From: an uncultured virus (IMG/VR IMGVR_UViG_3300021963_007405)
Taxonomy: Duplodnaviria; Heunggongvirae; Uroviricota; Caudoviricetes
Strand: one strand, 5' to 3'
Virus record (IMG/VR): IMGVR_UViG_3300021963_007405
DNA: 64,000 bases
Part shown: piece after piece, positions 17,746 through 26,308 of the stretch
Layout: each line of letters opens with the position of its first letter
Numbering within the stretch: the stretch's first letter is position 1
The notes under the pieces: model-generated
The model's input: only the letters and a program-made list of their open reading frames with translations
Told to the model about the DNA's origin: nothing
Databases searched by the model: none
Program-made: the position numbers and the translations under genes

Positions 17746-18118
17746 TTTTCTTAAATCTACTAAGATCTAAATTAGCAAGTGGTTTTTCTATATTTAAAGA
17801 TGCGAGCCTTTCGTTTTGAACGACTAATTTGCTGCCGCCAAGAACTTTACCGTCAACTACGTCATAAATAAAAAATACAGTCTTGGTCAAACCGACTCTG
17901 ACAATTCTTCCCGGTTTTCCATCAACATACACTACATCATCTTCTTTATAGTCATTTCCAACAAACATAAATAAAGCGGCAGCAAATTTTTCAATGCTGG
18001 ATTTAAACATCAATGCTATTAATCCGATAATAAAAAGCCAAACATACTTTCCAGTAAGATCTTGGCCCGTAGATTCTAATACTTGTTGAGATATAATTTG
18101 TACGTTGTTTGTATCCAT
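17738..18118 (-). CDS. Truncated MscS-like membrane protein
   Basis: LMFKSSIEKFAAAL...YKEDDVVYVDGKPGRIVRVGLTKT matches the MscS TM3 plus middle beta domain. Confidence 0.55.
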   Translation of the reverse strand: MDTNNVQIISQQVLESTGQDLTGKYVWLFIIGLIALMFKSSIEKFAAALFMFVGNDYKEDDVVYVDGKPGRIVRVGLTKTVFFIYDVVDGKVLGGSKLVVQNERLASLNIEKPLANLDLSRFKKNE

Positions 18119-18121
18119 AAA

Positions 18122-19075
18122 TTATTTGATCCACTTTTGTTCTTTGAGTATGTCGTCTATTAAATCTTTTTCATCGCTATCCATTTCTTTATCGAAACGT
18201 TTTAATATTTCGGTTAATGGGTATATTTTATCTGGTGATTCTTTTTGTTTTTCTTTGAGTTCTTGAATAACGTCTACGATTTTAACAAGAGGAGATTTAA
18301 ATTGTTCCACTTTGTCGTGGGTGGCGAAATTGGCAAGTTCAAAAGCTTTAGGAGTAAGAGCTTTAAGAATAGATATCATTGCAGATCCCAACATATTAAA
18401 TATTGAGAATGCTGCGGCAGCGGCAGGATGAACTGTGGCAAGAAGACGAAGAATAACGAATACTACCACAAATACAATAATTGCAGTTAATGCGCTAATA
18501 AAGAACTTCTTTAACCCCCAAAATACTGCATTAAGACCAAACATTCCGCTCATTGAATCTAATACAGCTTTATTTTGATCAGCTTCTTTGGCGACTTCTT
18601 TGGCTTTGTCAGTTAGTTGCCAAAGTTGATCATCGTATTTTTGATTTAACTCTGCTTTTTCTTTCTGAAGTTTATTAATTATTTCATCGCGTTGAGAAAG
18701 CATTTCTTCGCCTTTCCTGCGTTCTTCGACTAAGGCGGAATTTAGTAAATCTACTGTAGCTTTAATTCTTTTTGTTTCGTCTATGTGAGGCGAACCTACA
18801 ATAGAAATGACTCTTTCGTTTAATTTTAAAGCTGTGTCTACTTGTACAGGAGCATTAGTAACTTGATTCAAAGAATGCTGAATACCGACAGAAAGACCAG
18901 AGGTTTGGATTCTCTTGCCTTTGTCGTTTTTTTCTATTTCTACTAAAGTAGTGTCTACTTTTTTCTCTTCTTTAGCGATAACTTTCTGATTATCATCTAG
19001 TTGTTTTGCTGGCTTGATTGTGGAAAAGCAACCAGTCAAAAATAAAAAGAGTAATAAAAGAATGGATTTTTTCAT
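18122..19075 (-). CDS. Lipoprotein with coiled coil and C-proximal TM segments (u-spanin-like topology)
   Basis: Lipobox LTG|C, long helical region, then hydrophobic helices in the C-terminal half. Confidence 0.55.
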   Translation of the reverse strand: MKKSILLLLFLFLTGCFSTIKPAKQLDDNQKVIAKEEKKVDTTLVEIEKNDKGKRIQTSGLSVGIQHSLNQVTNAPVQVDTALKLNERVISIVGSPHIDETKRIKATVDLLNSALVEERRKGEEMLSQRDEIINKLQKEKAELNQKYDDQLWQLTDKAKEVAKEADQNKAVLDSMSGMFGLNAVFWGLKKFFISALTAIIVFVVVFVILRLLATVHPAAAAAFSIFNMLGSAMISILKALTPKAFELANFATHDKVEQFKSPLVKIVDVIQELKEKQKESPDKIYPLTEILKRFDKEMDSDEKDLIDDILKEQKWIK

Positions 19076-19123
19076 TCATATATCTTTACACTAATTTGTT
19101 ATTATGTGTGTATTTTATAATAT

Positions 19124-19468
19124 ATGCTATTAGTGCCGTTTATTTTATTTATTTGGTTCGAGAGTGATATTATAATAACTTTAATAAATATTTTTAAGTT
19201 AGACAAAAAATTATTTATTGAAGAATATAAAAAAGAAAGACTTGAAATTTCTGAAAAACTACACTATTTGGATTTTCTGCACGTTAGGAAAGCTAGTTTT
19301 TTTACTAAATTAATAAGTTGTCCAATATGCTTGTGTTTTTGGTTAACTTTTATTCAATCTTTATTGAGATACGATAGTTTAAAGCTATGCATGTTTATGT
19401 TTGGATTTAATTATTTTATCAACTTGATAGTTTATTTATTAGTGAAAAAATTTTATGATAATAAATAA
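19124..19468 (+). CDS. DUF1360-like membrane protein
   Basis: LISCPICLCFW motif between hydrophobic segments. Confidence 0.5.
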   Translation: MLLVPFILFIWFESDIIITLINIFKLDKKLFIEEYKKERLEISEKLHYLDFLHVRKASFFTKLISCPICLCFWLTFIQSLLRYDSLKLCMFMFGFNYFINLIVYLLVKKFYDNK

Positions 19469-19736
19469 TTTTATAGAATTTGAACAATTAATTCGCGCTT
19501 TTCAGTTACAAAATACAGAAGAATTTTATAACTATTTTAATGGTTATCAAAATATATGTATTTGTAAGCCAGTGTTAAAACAACTATATTATGATAAATG
19601 CAATAAAAGTTATGTAAGATATTTATCTAATAATCAAGAACATATACGTTCTAAATTATTAGAAAATAATAAAGATTCTATATATAAATTTTTACAATCG
19701 GATTCTAAAGAAATTTTAACAATTCGTGCGCAATAA
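19455..19736 (+). CDS. Hypothetical protein
   Basis: Overlaps the preceding ORF. Confidence 0.45.
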   Translation: MIINNFIEFEQLIRAFQLQNTEEFYNYFNGYQNICICKPVLKQLYYDKCNKSYVRYLSNNQEHIRSKLLENNKDSIYKFLQSDSKEILTIRAQ

Positions 19737-19788
19737 TTATTATCTACTGATTTCTTCCCAATCTATAGAAGCGAATATATTTTTACAC

Positions 19789-20004
19789 TTACTTTCTTCG
19801 ATATACTGTATTTTCTTTAAGCACTTTATATTTCAAAAGCTTGTTTCCTTCAGCAATTTTTACATATTGATCATCATATAATAATATTAAATCATCTTTT
19901 TTAAAACTATCCCCAGTTTTAACTAGTGAATATTTTTTAATTTCTTTATCGGTGAGGATCGTTACATTGATTGCTCTATGTATATTTGAAGAATTATCGC
20001 TCAC
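19789..20004 (-). CDS. Hypothetical protein
   Basis: ORF tiling. Confidence 0.45.
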   Translation of the reverse strand: MSDNSSNIHRAINVTILTDKEIKKYSLVKTGDSFKKDDLILLYDDQYVKIAEGNKLLKYKVLKENTVYRRK

Positions 20005-20122
20005 TATTGGAGCCTTTCTTATTCTTTTTGTTTTTCTTACGGCCCCAATCTATCAAATCATGATTGTCTTTATATTGTTTACTAAAACAATTTCTTGGTT
20101 TGTCGCCTTTACCAGCACTCAT
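19994..20122 (-). CDS. 42 aa basic phage protein (not in ORF track)
   Basis: MSAGKGDKPRNCFSKQYKDNHDLIDWGRKK...; fills the gap and overlaps both neighbours. Confidence 0.6.
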   Translation of the reverse strand: MSAGKGDKPRNCFSKQYKDNHDLIDWGRKKNKKNKKGSNSER

Positions 20123-20312
20123 ATTGTTCTTTTAGTTGTATATTTGGCTTTAGATCCTTCATTATTGCAAGTCTTTCAGATTCATTGTAAACAGTCCAGT
20201 CTCTTATTTGTTGCCAAGTTCGACCGCAGCCTACACAATGATCGTTTATTAACTTGCATTTTCTAGTGCAAGGAGTTGATATTTTAACAGCAGTGACCTC
20301 GTTTGTTGTCAT
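20109..20312 (-). CDS. DUF1289-like Cys-rich protein
   Basis: TPCTRKC...CVGCGRT..QIRDW. Confidence 0.75.
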   Translation of the reverse strand: MTTNEVTAVKISTPCTRKCKLINDHCVGCGRTWQQIRDWTVYNESERLAIMKDLKPNIQLKEQYECW

Positions 20313-20478
20313 TGAGAGGTTTATACACTGATTTTTGTTCGCGGTATTTATATAATTCAGAATAAGCCTCTTGAACGTGCTTGTCTATATCTTTTACTAG
20401 ATAAGGAATATACTTATTAGAATCGACAGTTTTAATTGATTCTATTAGTTTAGATATGATAGATTGTACTTCTTGCAT
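20284..20478 (-). CDS. Hypothetical protein
   Basis: Start moved to ATG 20478 to avoid tRNA-Gln. Confidence 0.45.
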   Translation of the reverse strand: MQEVQSIISKLIESIKTVDSNKYIPYLVKDIDKHVQEAYSELYKYREQKSVYKPLNDNKRGHCC

Positions 20479-20485
20479 TATAAGT

Positions 20486-20559
20486 TGGTTGGGGATGATG
20501 GAATCGAACCACCACACAGAGCTTCAAAGGCTCCTGCACTACCATTATGCGAATCCCCA
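20486..20559 (-). tRNA. tRNA-Gln(TTG)
   Basis: TGGGGAT acceptor stem, anticodon arm GGAGC-CTTTGAA-GCTCT, GGTTCGATTCC, encoded CCA. Confidence 0.93.
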
Positions 20560-20565
20560 ATAAAT

Positions 20566-20656
20566 TGGCGGTGAGAGAAGGATTTGAACCTTCGGTACTC
20601 TTTTGGAGTACGGGGCTTTAGCAAAGCCCTGCATTAGACCACTCTGCCACCTCACC
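20566..20656 (-). tRNA. tRNA-Ser(GCT)
   Basis: Anticodon arm GGGCT-TTGCTAA-AGCCC, long variable arm GTACTC-CAAAA-GAGTAC, encoded CCA. Confidence 0.93.
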
Positions 20657-20927
20657 TTAGTTTTTCTGTTTCAAAACATCCATAACCAGCTTGGTTTTCG
20701 AATGTCAATAGTCCGCATCTTTTGCTTCTTTTATTTGTACAGACTCCGAAATCAACGTCTGCATCTCTATATTTCTGATTGTATAAAGGAATAAAATGCT
20801 TACAGCCACCGCTGCAATCGCTATAATTATAATCTGGATCGCTATGGCGACGTATTTTTCCTCCATAATCAGAATAATCTGTATCAAGAATCTTGCATAG
20901 ATCTAATAATTTAAGATCTCGCTTCAC
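20652..20927 (-). CDS. Cys-rich hypothetical protein
   Basis: CSGGCKHF...GVC...C...C. Confidence 0.5.
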   Translation of the reverse strand: MKRDLKLLDLCKILDTDYSDYGGKIRRHSDPDYNYSDCSGGCKHFIPLYNQKYRDADVDFGVCTNKRSKRCGLLTFENQAGYGCFETEKLR

Positions 20928-21205
20928 TTCTTTTTAGATTTCTTGACAGAATGAGTTGAAGTTCGTAGTCCGAAATTCAAATCAATCCACGCTGTTTCTA
21001 TCAATGCTTTATCTTTAGTGAGTTTCATCTTTTCGCGCATATATTTCATAGTCCAATTCTTCCACTTTTCATTGTCTTCTTCAGTACAAGAATACTTCGT
21101 AAGCCAATTTGGAGTTTGGTTGTCGCAGACATCTTCATATTTAAGATCTAAATTAGCTATCTTAAATTGTTTATCTAAAATCTTTTTAATATGCTTATCA
21201 TTCAT
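20924..21205 (-). CDS. Hypothetical protein
   Basis: ORF tiling with 4-nt overlaps. Confidence 0.55.
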   Translation of the reverse strand: MNDKHIKKILDKQFKIANLDLKYEDVCDNQTPNWLTKYSCTEEDNEKWKNWTMKYMREKMKLTKDKALIETAWIDLNFGLRTSTHSVKKSKKK

Positions 21206-21651
21206 ACGCCTGTTGATCCAAAGCCGCCAGCTTGTCTCAATGTATTATCTAAATTATCTACATTATTTAAAGTAGCAGTATAACAAGCTTCAAAAATAAT
21301 CTGAGCGATTCGATCACCTTTCTTAACAGTGAAATCGATATTCTTGTCTGTATTGTAAAGAATAACTCCAATATCTCCACGATAGTCAGAATCAATTACG
21401 CCAGCCAGAACATCAATTCCACTCTTGTAAGCTAGGCCAGAACGAGGAGCAATACGTCCATAATAACCGGGAGTAATCTCCATTGAAATATTTGTCTTAA
21501 TTAGCTTTCTTGAGCCGCAAACAACTAGCGCATCTTCCGCCGCATATAAATCATATCCAGCAGCAAAGTTTGTTCCTTGAGTAGGAATAATTGCGTTTTC
21601 TGAAAACTTCTTTACGTTAATTTGTAAAATTTCTCTATACATAATTATCAC
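21202..21651 (-). CDS. dut: Trimeric dUTPase
   Basis: AGYDL, PRSG, GVIDSDYRG, RIAQ, GGFGSTG motifs. Confidence 0.97.
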   Translation of the reverse strand: MIIMYREILQINVKKFSENAIIPTQGTNFAAGYDLYAAEDALVVCGSRKLIKTNISMEITPGYYGRIAPRSGLAYKSGIDVLAGVIDSDYRGDIGVILYNTDKNIDFTVKKGDRIAQIIFEACYTATLNNVDNLDNTLRQAGGFGSTGV

Positions 21652-22397
21652 TTATCTTTAAGAATTGACATTAAAATTCTAGCTTCTTTTGCTGGAATAT
21701 CATTATAATTAGTCCAAACTTTAGCTTCTGCATTTTTATAAACGCCTAGTTTCCAAGCGTTGCGAAGATAATCTTGAAACTCTTCAAAATTACTAAGTCC
21801 AGAATTCTTAGCAGTCTTTTCTAGCATTCCCTGAGAAGAAGGAAGCGCGACTTCATTGTCGTCTTCAAATACTGAAGGAGTTCCTTTCTTGGAAGCGTCA
21901 ATTTCATCGCTACCTACGATGTGTACGTTAAGGAAGTTTCTTACAGCCCTAACGAATGCACGATTAGCTGCAATCGTCTCCAAAAATTTGACAGCAAAAT
22001 CTGAAGTATTATTGACTGTAGCATTTGCGATATCTTCGTAGTAACTTTCATATTCTGATTCATAATTTGGAATCCAAGTTATGCCGCACTTAATAGATAC
22101 ATAAGAAGCTTCACACTTAACTACATCATATTTTACGCTTGTGTATCCTCGGAGTTTTGCAAGCTCTTTAATGCCAGCAAGCTTGATAAGAAGCTGGTTA
22201 TCAGCAAGACCTTCAATGGAAGTGGGCATCTGCTGCTTACGAGACTCAAACCATCCTCTATTCGGGAACAGATGCTCTGCCTTAACCATTGCTCGCCAGT
22301 TGATTGAGCCGTCTTCATTTGTTTTATAGTCTATGCCTTCAATTAAGCCCCATGCGTTACGCGACTGAGGCACTAGTAGTGGATTCTTCTCGCTCAT
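21648..22397 (-). CDS. Rad52/Sak-like single-strand annealing protein
   Basis: GIKELA...ETIAANRAFVRAVRNFLNV. Confidence 0.5.
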   Translation of the reverse strand: MSEKNPLLVPQSRNAWGLIEGIDYKTNEDGSINWRAMVKAEHLFPNRGWFESRKQQMPTSIEGLADNQLLIKLAGIKELAKLRGYTSVKYDVVKCEASYVSIKCGITWIPNYESEYESYYEDIANATVNNTSDFAVKFLETIAANRAFVRAVRNFLNVHIVGSDEIDASKKGTPSVFEDDNEVALPSSQGMLEKTAKNSGLSNFEEFQDYLRNAWKLGVYKNAEAKVWTNYNDIPAKEARILMSILKDK

Positions 22398-23550
22398 TGT
22401 AAATTTTAAAGAATTCTATTTCTTGTTCGAATTCTTTCGACAGAATAACAGACTCTTCAGAATTGTCAAGATGCTTGTTTGCGAAATAATTAGCTTTGCA
22501 AGAAAATTGTTTTCCTTTGGAAATTAAAATCTTTGAACTAATAAACTTAGAATTTTTAGAAAGATTAGTTAATTTATTTAAAGCTCCTTCGTTTTCAAAG
22601 TCTTGATGAACATCCCAATTTAAAAATTTGAATCTATATTCTTCTAGCTTATTTTTATCATCGCAGAAGATTTTTAATTTTAATCCTATAGATTTGCAGT
22701 GTTTTAAAAATTTTTCAGAAATGTTTTCAGATAACATTATAGTCATTAATAGAATATTATTTCTATAAGGAGCAACCATGTTTATATTGATATCTTTATC
22801 TGTGATAATATTTACTTTCCTATTACTTACCCAATAATTAAAAACAGATGAATTTAGATTCTTGATATAATCAAGTCTTAAATTTATTGATCTGTCTTTC
22901 ATAAAATTCGCATCAGAAATAAAATCAGGAACAATTTCTACAATTTTCTGATTAAAACTCTTGCCCAAATGAACTAATTCAAAACGCTCAAGATCATTAG
23001 ATATACCAAGAGAATCTAAAATATTTTTTGCTATAACGTATGGACTAATAAAATTAATTGTTTTTGGCGATTCGTTTAATCGTCCATAAGAAGGAAGATT
23101 GCCATCTCTATGTGATTCAAGGATGATTTGAGAATTCGTGTTCCAAACTGGTCTGGTATTGATCGGATTAAATAAAGAATATAAGCCAATTGATTTTGTA
23201 TTAAATACTGAAGCTATATGCAAACTATAGTTTTCATTTGAAATTAAAAGTCTAGCTTTAGATATCAAATAGTTTTCTTGTTTCTTATTAATAGTTATAA
23301 AACATTTATCACAAGCTAATTTTGCATTTTTATCAGTTGCTATTTGAAAGATATCAATATTAACTTCTTTTAAATAAGGTTTAATTAAATCAAGAACATC
23401 ATTAAAATAATCATATTCGCCATTTGCATTTTTACATCGCGTATCGATTATTATATAATTATCGTTTCTTATCGGAAGAAAATATCTATCAAGATAAGGC
23501 TGTGAAATTTTAACTCCACAATCCAAAGCCATTTTTTCAGTTAGATTCAT
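22357..23550 (-). CDS. Glycosyltransferase-like protein (GT9-like)
   Basis: LISKARLLIS...HIASVFNTKSIGLYS resembles the GT9 C-domain. Confidence 0.5.
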   Translation of the reverse strand: MNLTEKMALDCGVKISQPYLDRYFLPIRNDNYIIIDTRCKNANGEYDYFNDVLDLIKPYLKEVNIDIFQIATDKNAKLACDKCFITINKKQENYLISKARLLISNENYSLHIASVFNTKSIGLYSLFNPINTRPVWNTNSQIILESHRDGNLPSYGRLNESPKTINFISPYVIAKNILDSLGISNDLERFELVHLGKSFNQKIVEIVPDFISDANFMKDRSINLRLDYIKNLNSSVFNYWVSNRKVNIITDKDININMVAPYRNNILLMTIMLSENISEKFLKHCKSIGLKLKIFCDDKNKLEEYRFKFLNWDVHQDFENEGALNKLTNLSKNSKFISSKILISKGKQFSCKANYFANKHLDNSEESVILSKEFEQEIEFFKIYNEREESTTSASVA

Positions 23551-25432
23551 AAACGTTGTATTGTAACTTATCTTCGCCGTTTCTAAAATAATTATTATTT
23601 ACTGATAGATATGGAGCATAGACTATATCAAAATATTTAGTACTAGAACCTTTTCCTTCAAAAAATAAAGGATCATTCATTTTATCGAAATAATTAAGAA
23701 CTTTCTTCACATCTGGATGAGAATTTATAATATCAAAATACTCTGATTTAGTGAAAAAATAAATATCATGTTGTGGATATAATTTTTTAATTGATGATAT
23801 TAGTGATGTAGCAATAATTACTTCTTCAGCACCTTCTGGTTGAATAAAAGCTATTTTTTTAGTATTTTTATTATCATTCAGAGATTCAAGCATTTCAGAT
23901 AAAAATGTGTTTTGATTTTCATTCAACGCTATTTTTCTGAAATAGTTTAATATATCTGTTCTTTTTAAATCTGAATTTAATCTTTGCATCCAGTGTATTA
24001 CTCCAGCAGGGTCTTTACGCATTAAAATATTATTATATAATGATTCAACCCATTCTTTATCTTTTTGATTTTCGTCAATGTCGCAAAATGGATTGCATTT
24101 AATTTTTTTATTTTCAAATTGATATTCAACTTCTGGGAGACTGTCAAATAAATCTTCGAAATATTTACCAACAACTTCAATACTATAATTATCTATAACA
24201 AATTGTCTAGCTTGTTTGCCTAGTAATTTTTTAGTTTCTGATGGTAAATTATATACATGTTGCAAATAAGAAAAAATACTTGTTGGTAAAGTAGAAGCTT
24301 TAATAAATTGCGTTCCCGGTTCTCTGTATTCTGCCCATTCAAGAGGAAAGCCGCCACTCTCTTCAGTAGAACAGTCTTCACCACAACTATAATTAGTTAC
24401 AAGTGTTATCAATTCAGTAAGCTTTGCTTCTTGAATTGGTATTTCTTGTCCACCAGAGGTAAATGGATGACAATACACATCCATAAGATTATATATCTCA
24501 TTTAATTGCTGTTCATTTACTCCAGTTTTTACATTAGTTGTTTCGCAACTATTTTGAGCGCGACAATAATCGCAATTTATAGCATGTGTTGAAAATGATT
24601 TGATGTGATATGCATTACAATTTTTACAAACATAAGTGGTTAATATGTTTTTTGGATCAATTTCTTTTTCCTTCAATAATTTAAGAATATCCCAACCTTC
24701 ATTCCAATAAGTATGCAGAAGCAATTTAGCATTTGCATTTGGATTTGCTGCATAAAATAACTTAAATCCATCAAGTAAATTAGGAACTGATTTTCTTAAT
24801 TGATTTCTGAATACAAAACCAATAATAAATTCATTATCTAATTTAAAACGTGTACGAATCTTTTTTCTGTCTTCGTCGCTAAGTCTATAAAAAGAATTTG
24901 TATCTAGTGTACCATGTACTGTTTTTACATGAGTGTGTCCAAGCTTGTGCATCGCTTTTTCAGCAAATGATGCCCAAACTAAATAATGATTAACTTTTGG
25001 CGCAATAGAAACTGCGTCAGGAAGTATAGGAAGACTGTCAAGAGTGGTGTGAATAATGCAATGAACTTTATTCCACCACTCTTTGTCTTGAAAACCATTG
25101 AAAGCCCAAACGTCTTCTATTCCTAAATAAATATCGGGTTTTAATTCTTTTACTGCATGATCAATCATTTCTGCGCCATAACCAGCAGCATTTTTACGTC
25201 TTTCATCAATAGCAATTTCCTTATGAATCTCTGGATCTTCTGGCAAAGTGCCATAAGATTTCCAAGGAACAAATTTTAATTGTTCAGATTCCCAAGTATA
25301 TCCATTGCTTAGTTCAATAAGATCGTATTTGCCGGTCTTATGTAAATAAGATAATAGATTTTTTTTATGTTTACCAAATCCGGTAAACATTTTGCAAAAA
25401 TTGCTATGAATTAAAACCCGTTTTTTACGCAT
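23537..25432 (-). CDS. Glycosyltransferase (GT4-like, multi-domain)
   Basis: TGFG, RNQLRK, YNLMDVYCHPFTSGGQEIPIQEA. Confidence 0.75.
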   Translation of the reverse strand: MRKKRVLIHSNFCKMFTGFGKHKKNLLSYLHKTGKYDLIELSNGYTWESEQLKFVPWKSYGTLPEDPEIHKEIAIDERRKNAAGYGAEMIDHAVKELKPDIYLGIEDVWAFNGFQDKEWWNKVHCIIHTTLDSLPILPDAVSIAPKVNHYLVWASFAEKAMHKLGHTHVKTVHGTLDTNSFYRLSDEDRKKIRTRFKLDNEFIIGFVFRNQLRKSVPNLLDGFKLFYAANPNANAKLLLHTYWNEGWDILKLLKEKEIDPKNILTTYVCKNCNAYHIKSFSTHAINCDYCRAQNSCETTNVKTGVNEQQLNEIYNLMDVYCHPFTSGGQEIPIQEAKLTELITLVTNYSCGEDCSTEESGGFPLEWAEYREPGTQFIKASTLPTSIFSYLQHVYNLPSETKKLLGKQARQFVIDNYSIEVVGKYFEDLFDSLPEVEYQFENKKIKCNPFCDIDENQKDKEWVESLYNNILMRKDPAGVIHWMQRLNSDLKRTDILNYFRKIALNENQNTFLSEMLESLNDNKNTKKIAFIQPEGAEEVIIATSLISSIKKLYPQHDIYFFTKSEYFDIINSHPDVKKVLNYFDKMNDPLFFEGKGSSTKYFDIVYAPYLSVNNNYFRNGEDKLQYNVYESN

Positions 25433-26022
25433 TAGAAATCCATTTCTTCGGAATCAGCGGCAACTGGTTCTGGCTTCTTAGCCTTTGGAACGGCTTCTTG
25501 AGTAACAGCTTCTCGCTTTCCTGCTGGAGCTTGCTCGGTCTTTGCAGGTAGCTTTCGCGAATCATCAAGAATAGAATAAAACTTATTAATGAAAGCGATC
25601 AATCTTACGGCTTCTCCCGGCTCTAGTGGAACCTTAAAAGTGTCTGCTCCATTTCGAGTGAACGACAAGCCAAAAGCAGTATACTTAACAGCGTATTCGC
25701 CAGTTCCCTTAGTCTTTTCATAGGGAGCAAGCTTGATTTGAGTCTTGTTTGATTCGCTAGAATGAAAAGCAGAATAAGAAGTCTTCTGCTGAAACGCATT
25801 AATCATTTCTCCAAGTTCAAACTCGTTGAACTTAATAGCGATAGTCTTTGAAGGATTGTTACGACTTTCAGCAAATGAGCCTGTCTTAGTCTGATCATTC
25901 CAAGAGTGTTGAGCAATACAGTTTACATAAAACTGTGGCTCACTGCTTGGCTTTTGTGAGATTTGAAAACTGATAGCGCAACCCTGATTCTTAGGGTTTG
26001 GCTTATAGATCTGAAGATTCAT
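25432..26022 (-). CDS. Putative ssDNA-binding protein (Whirly/PC4-like) with acidic tail
   Basis: Duplicated beta-sheet/helix pattern; C-terminus DSEEMDF. Confidence 0.5.
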   Translation of the reverse strand: MNLQIYKPNPKNQGCAISFQISQKPSSEPQFYVNCIAQHSWNDQTKTGSFAESRNNPSKTIAIKFNEFELGEMINAFQQKTSYSAFHSSESNKTQIKLAPYEKTKGTGEYAVKYTAFGLSFTRNGADTFKVPLEPGEAVRLIAFINKFYSILDDSRKLPAKTEQAPAGKREAVTQEAVPKAKKPEPVAADSEEMDF

Positions 26023-26055
26023 ATATCGCAGGATATTATGAGTATCCTGCGATAT
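26023..26055. repeat. Perfect 13-bp inverted repeat abutting the start codon
   Basis: ATATCGCAGGATA-N7-TATCCTGCGATAT. Confidence 0.9.
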
Positions 26056-26066
26056 TTCTAATGAAA

Positions 26067-26294
26067 TTAATCGAAATAATAGAATAAACTTCTAGCAGTT
26101 CCACTTACAACTGGACTAGAAATTTTAATTGGATAAGCAGGATTCAAAGATTGATTTGCTCCTACAGTAACAGTTCCAAAATCTCCGCTAAATGAAGCTA
26201 AAGCAGAAACGATGTAAATATCTCTGTCACTTGTTGGGGTGATAGTTGTGCCAGTATTAAAATAACAAAATTCTATGTCTTGATTATTAGCCAT
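26067..26294 (-). CDS. Small beta-rich protein, possibly virion
   Basis: T/S/G-rich; preceded by GTGTAA. Confidence 0.5.
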   Translation of the reverse strand: MANNQDIEFCYFNTGTTITPTSDRDIYIVSALASFSGDFGTVTVGANQSLNPAYPIKISSPVVSGTARSLFYYFD

Positions 26295-26308
26295 ATATTT
26301 AATTACAC

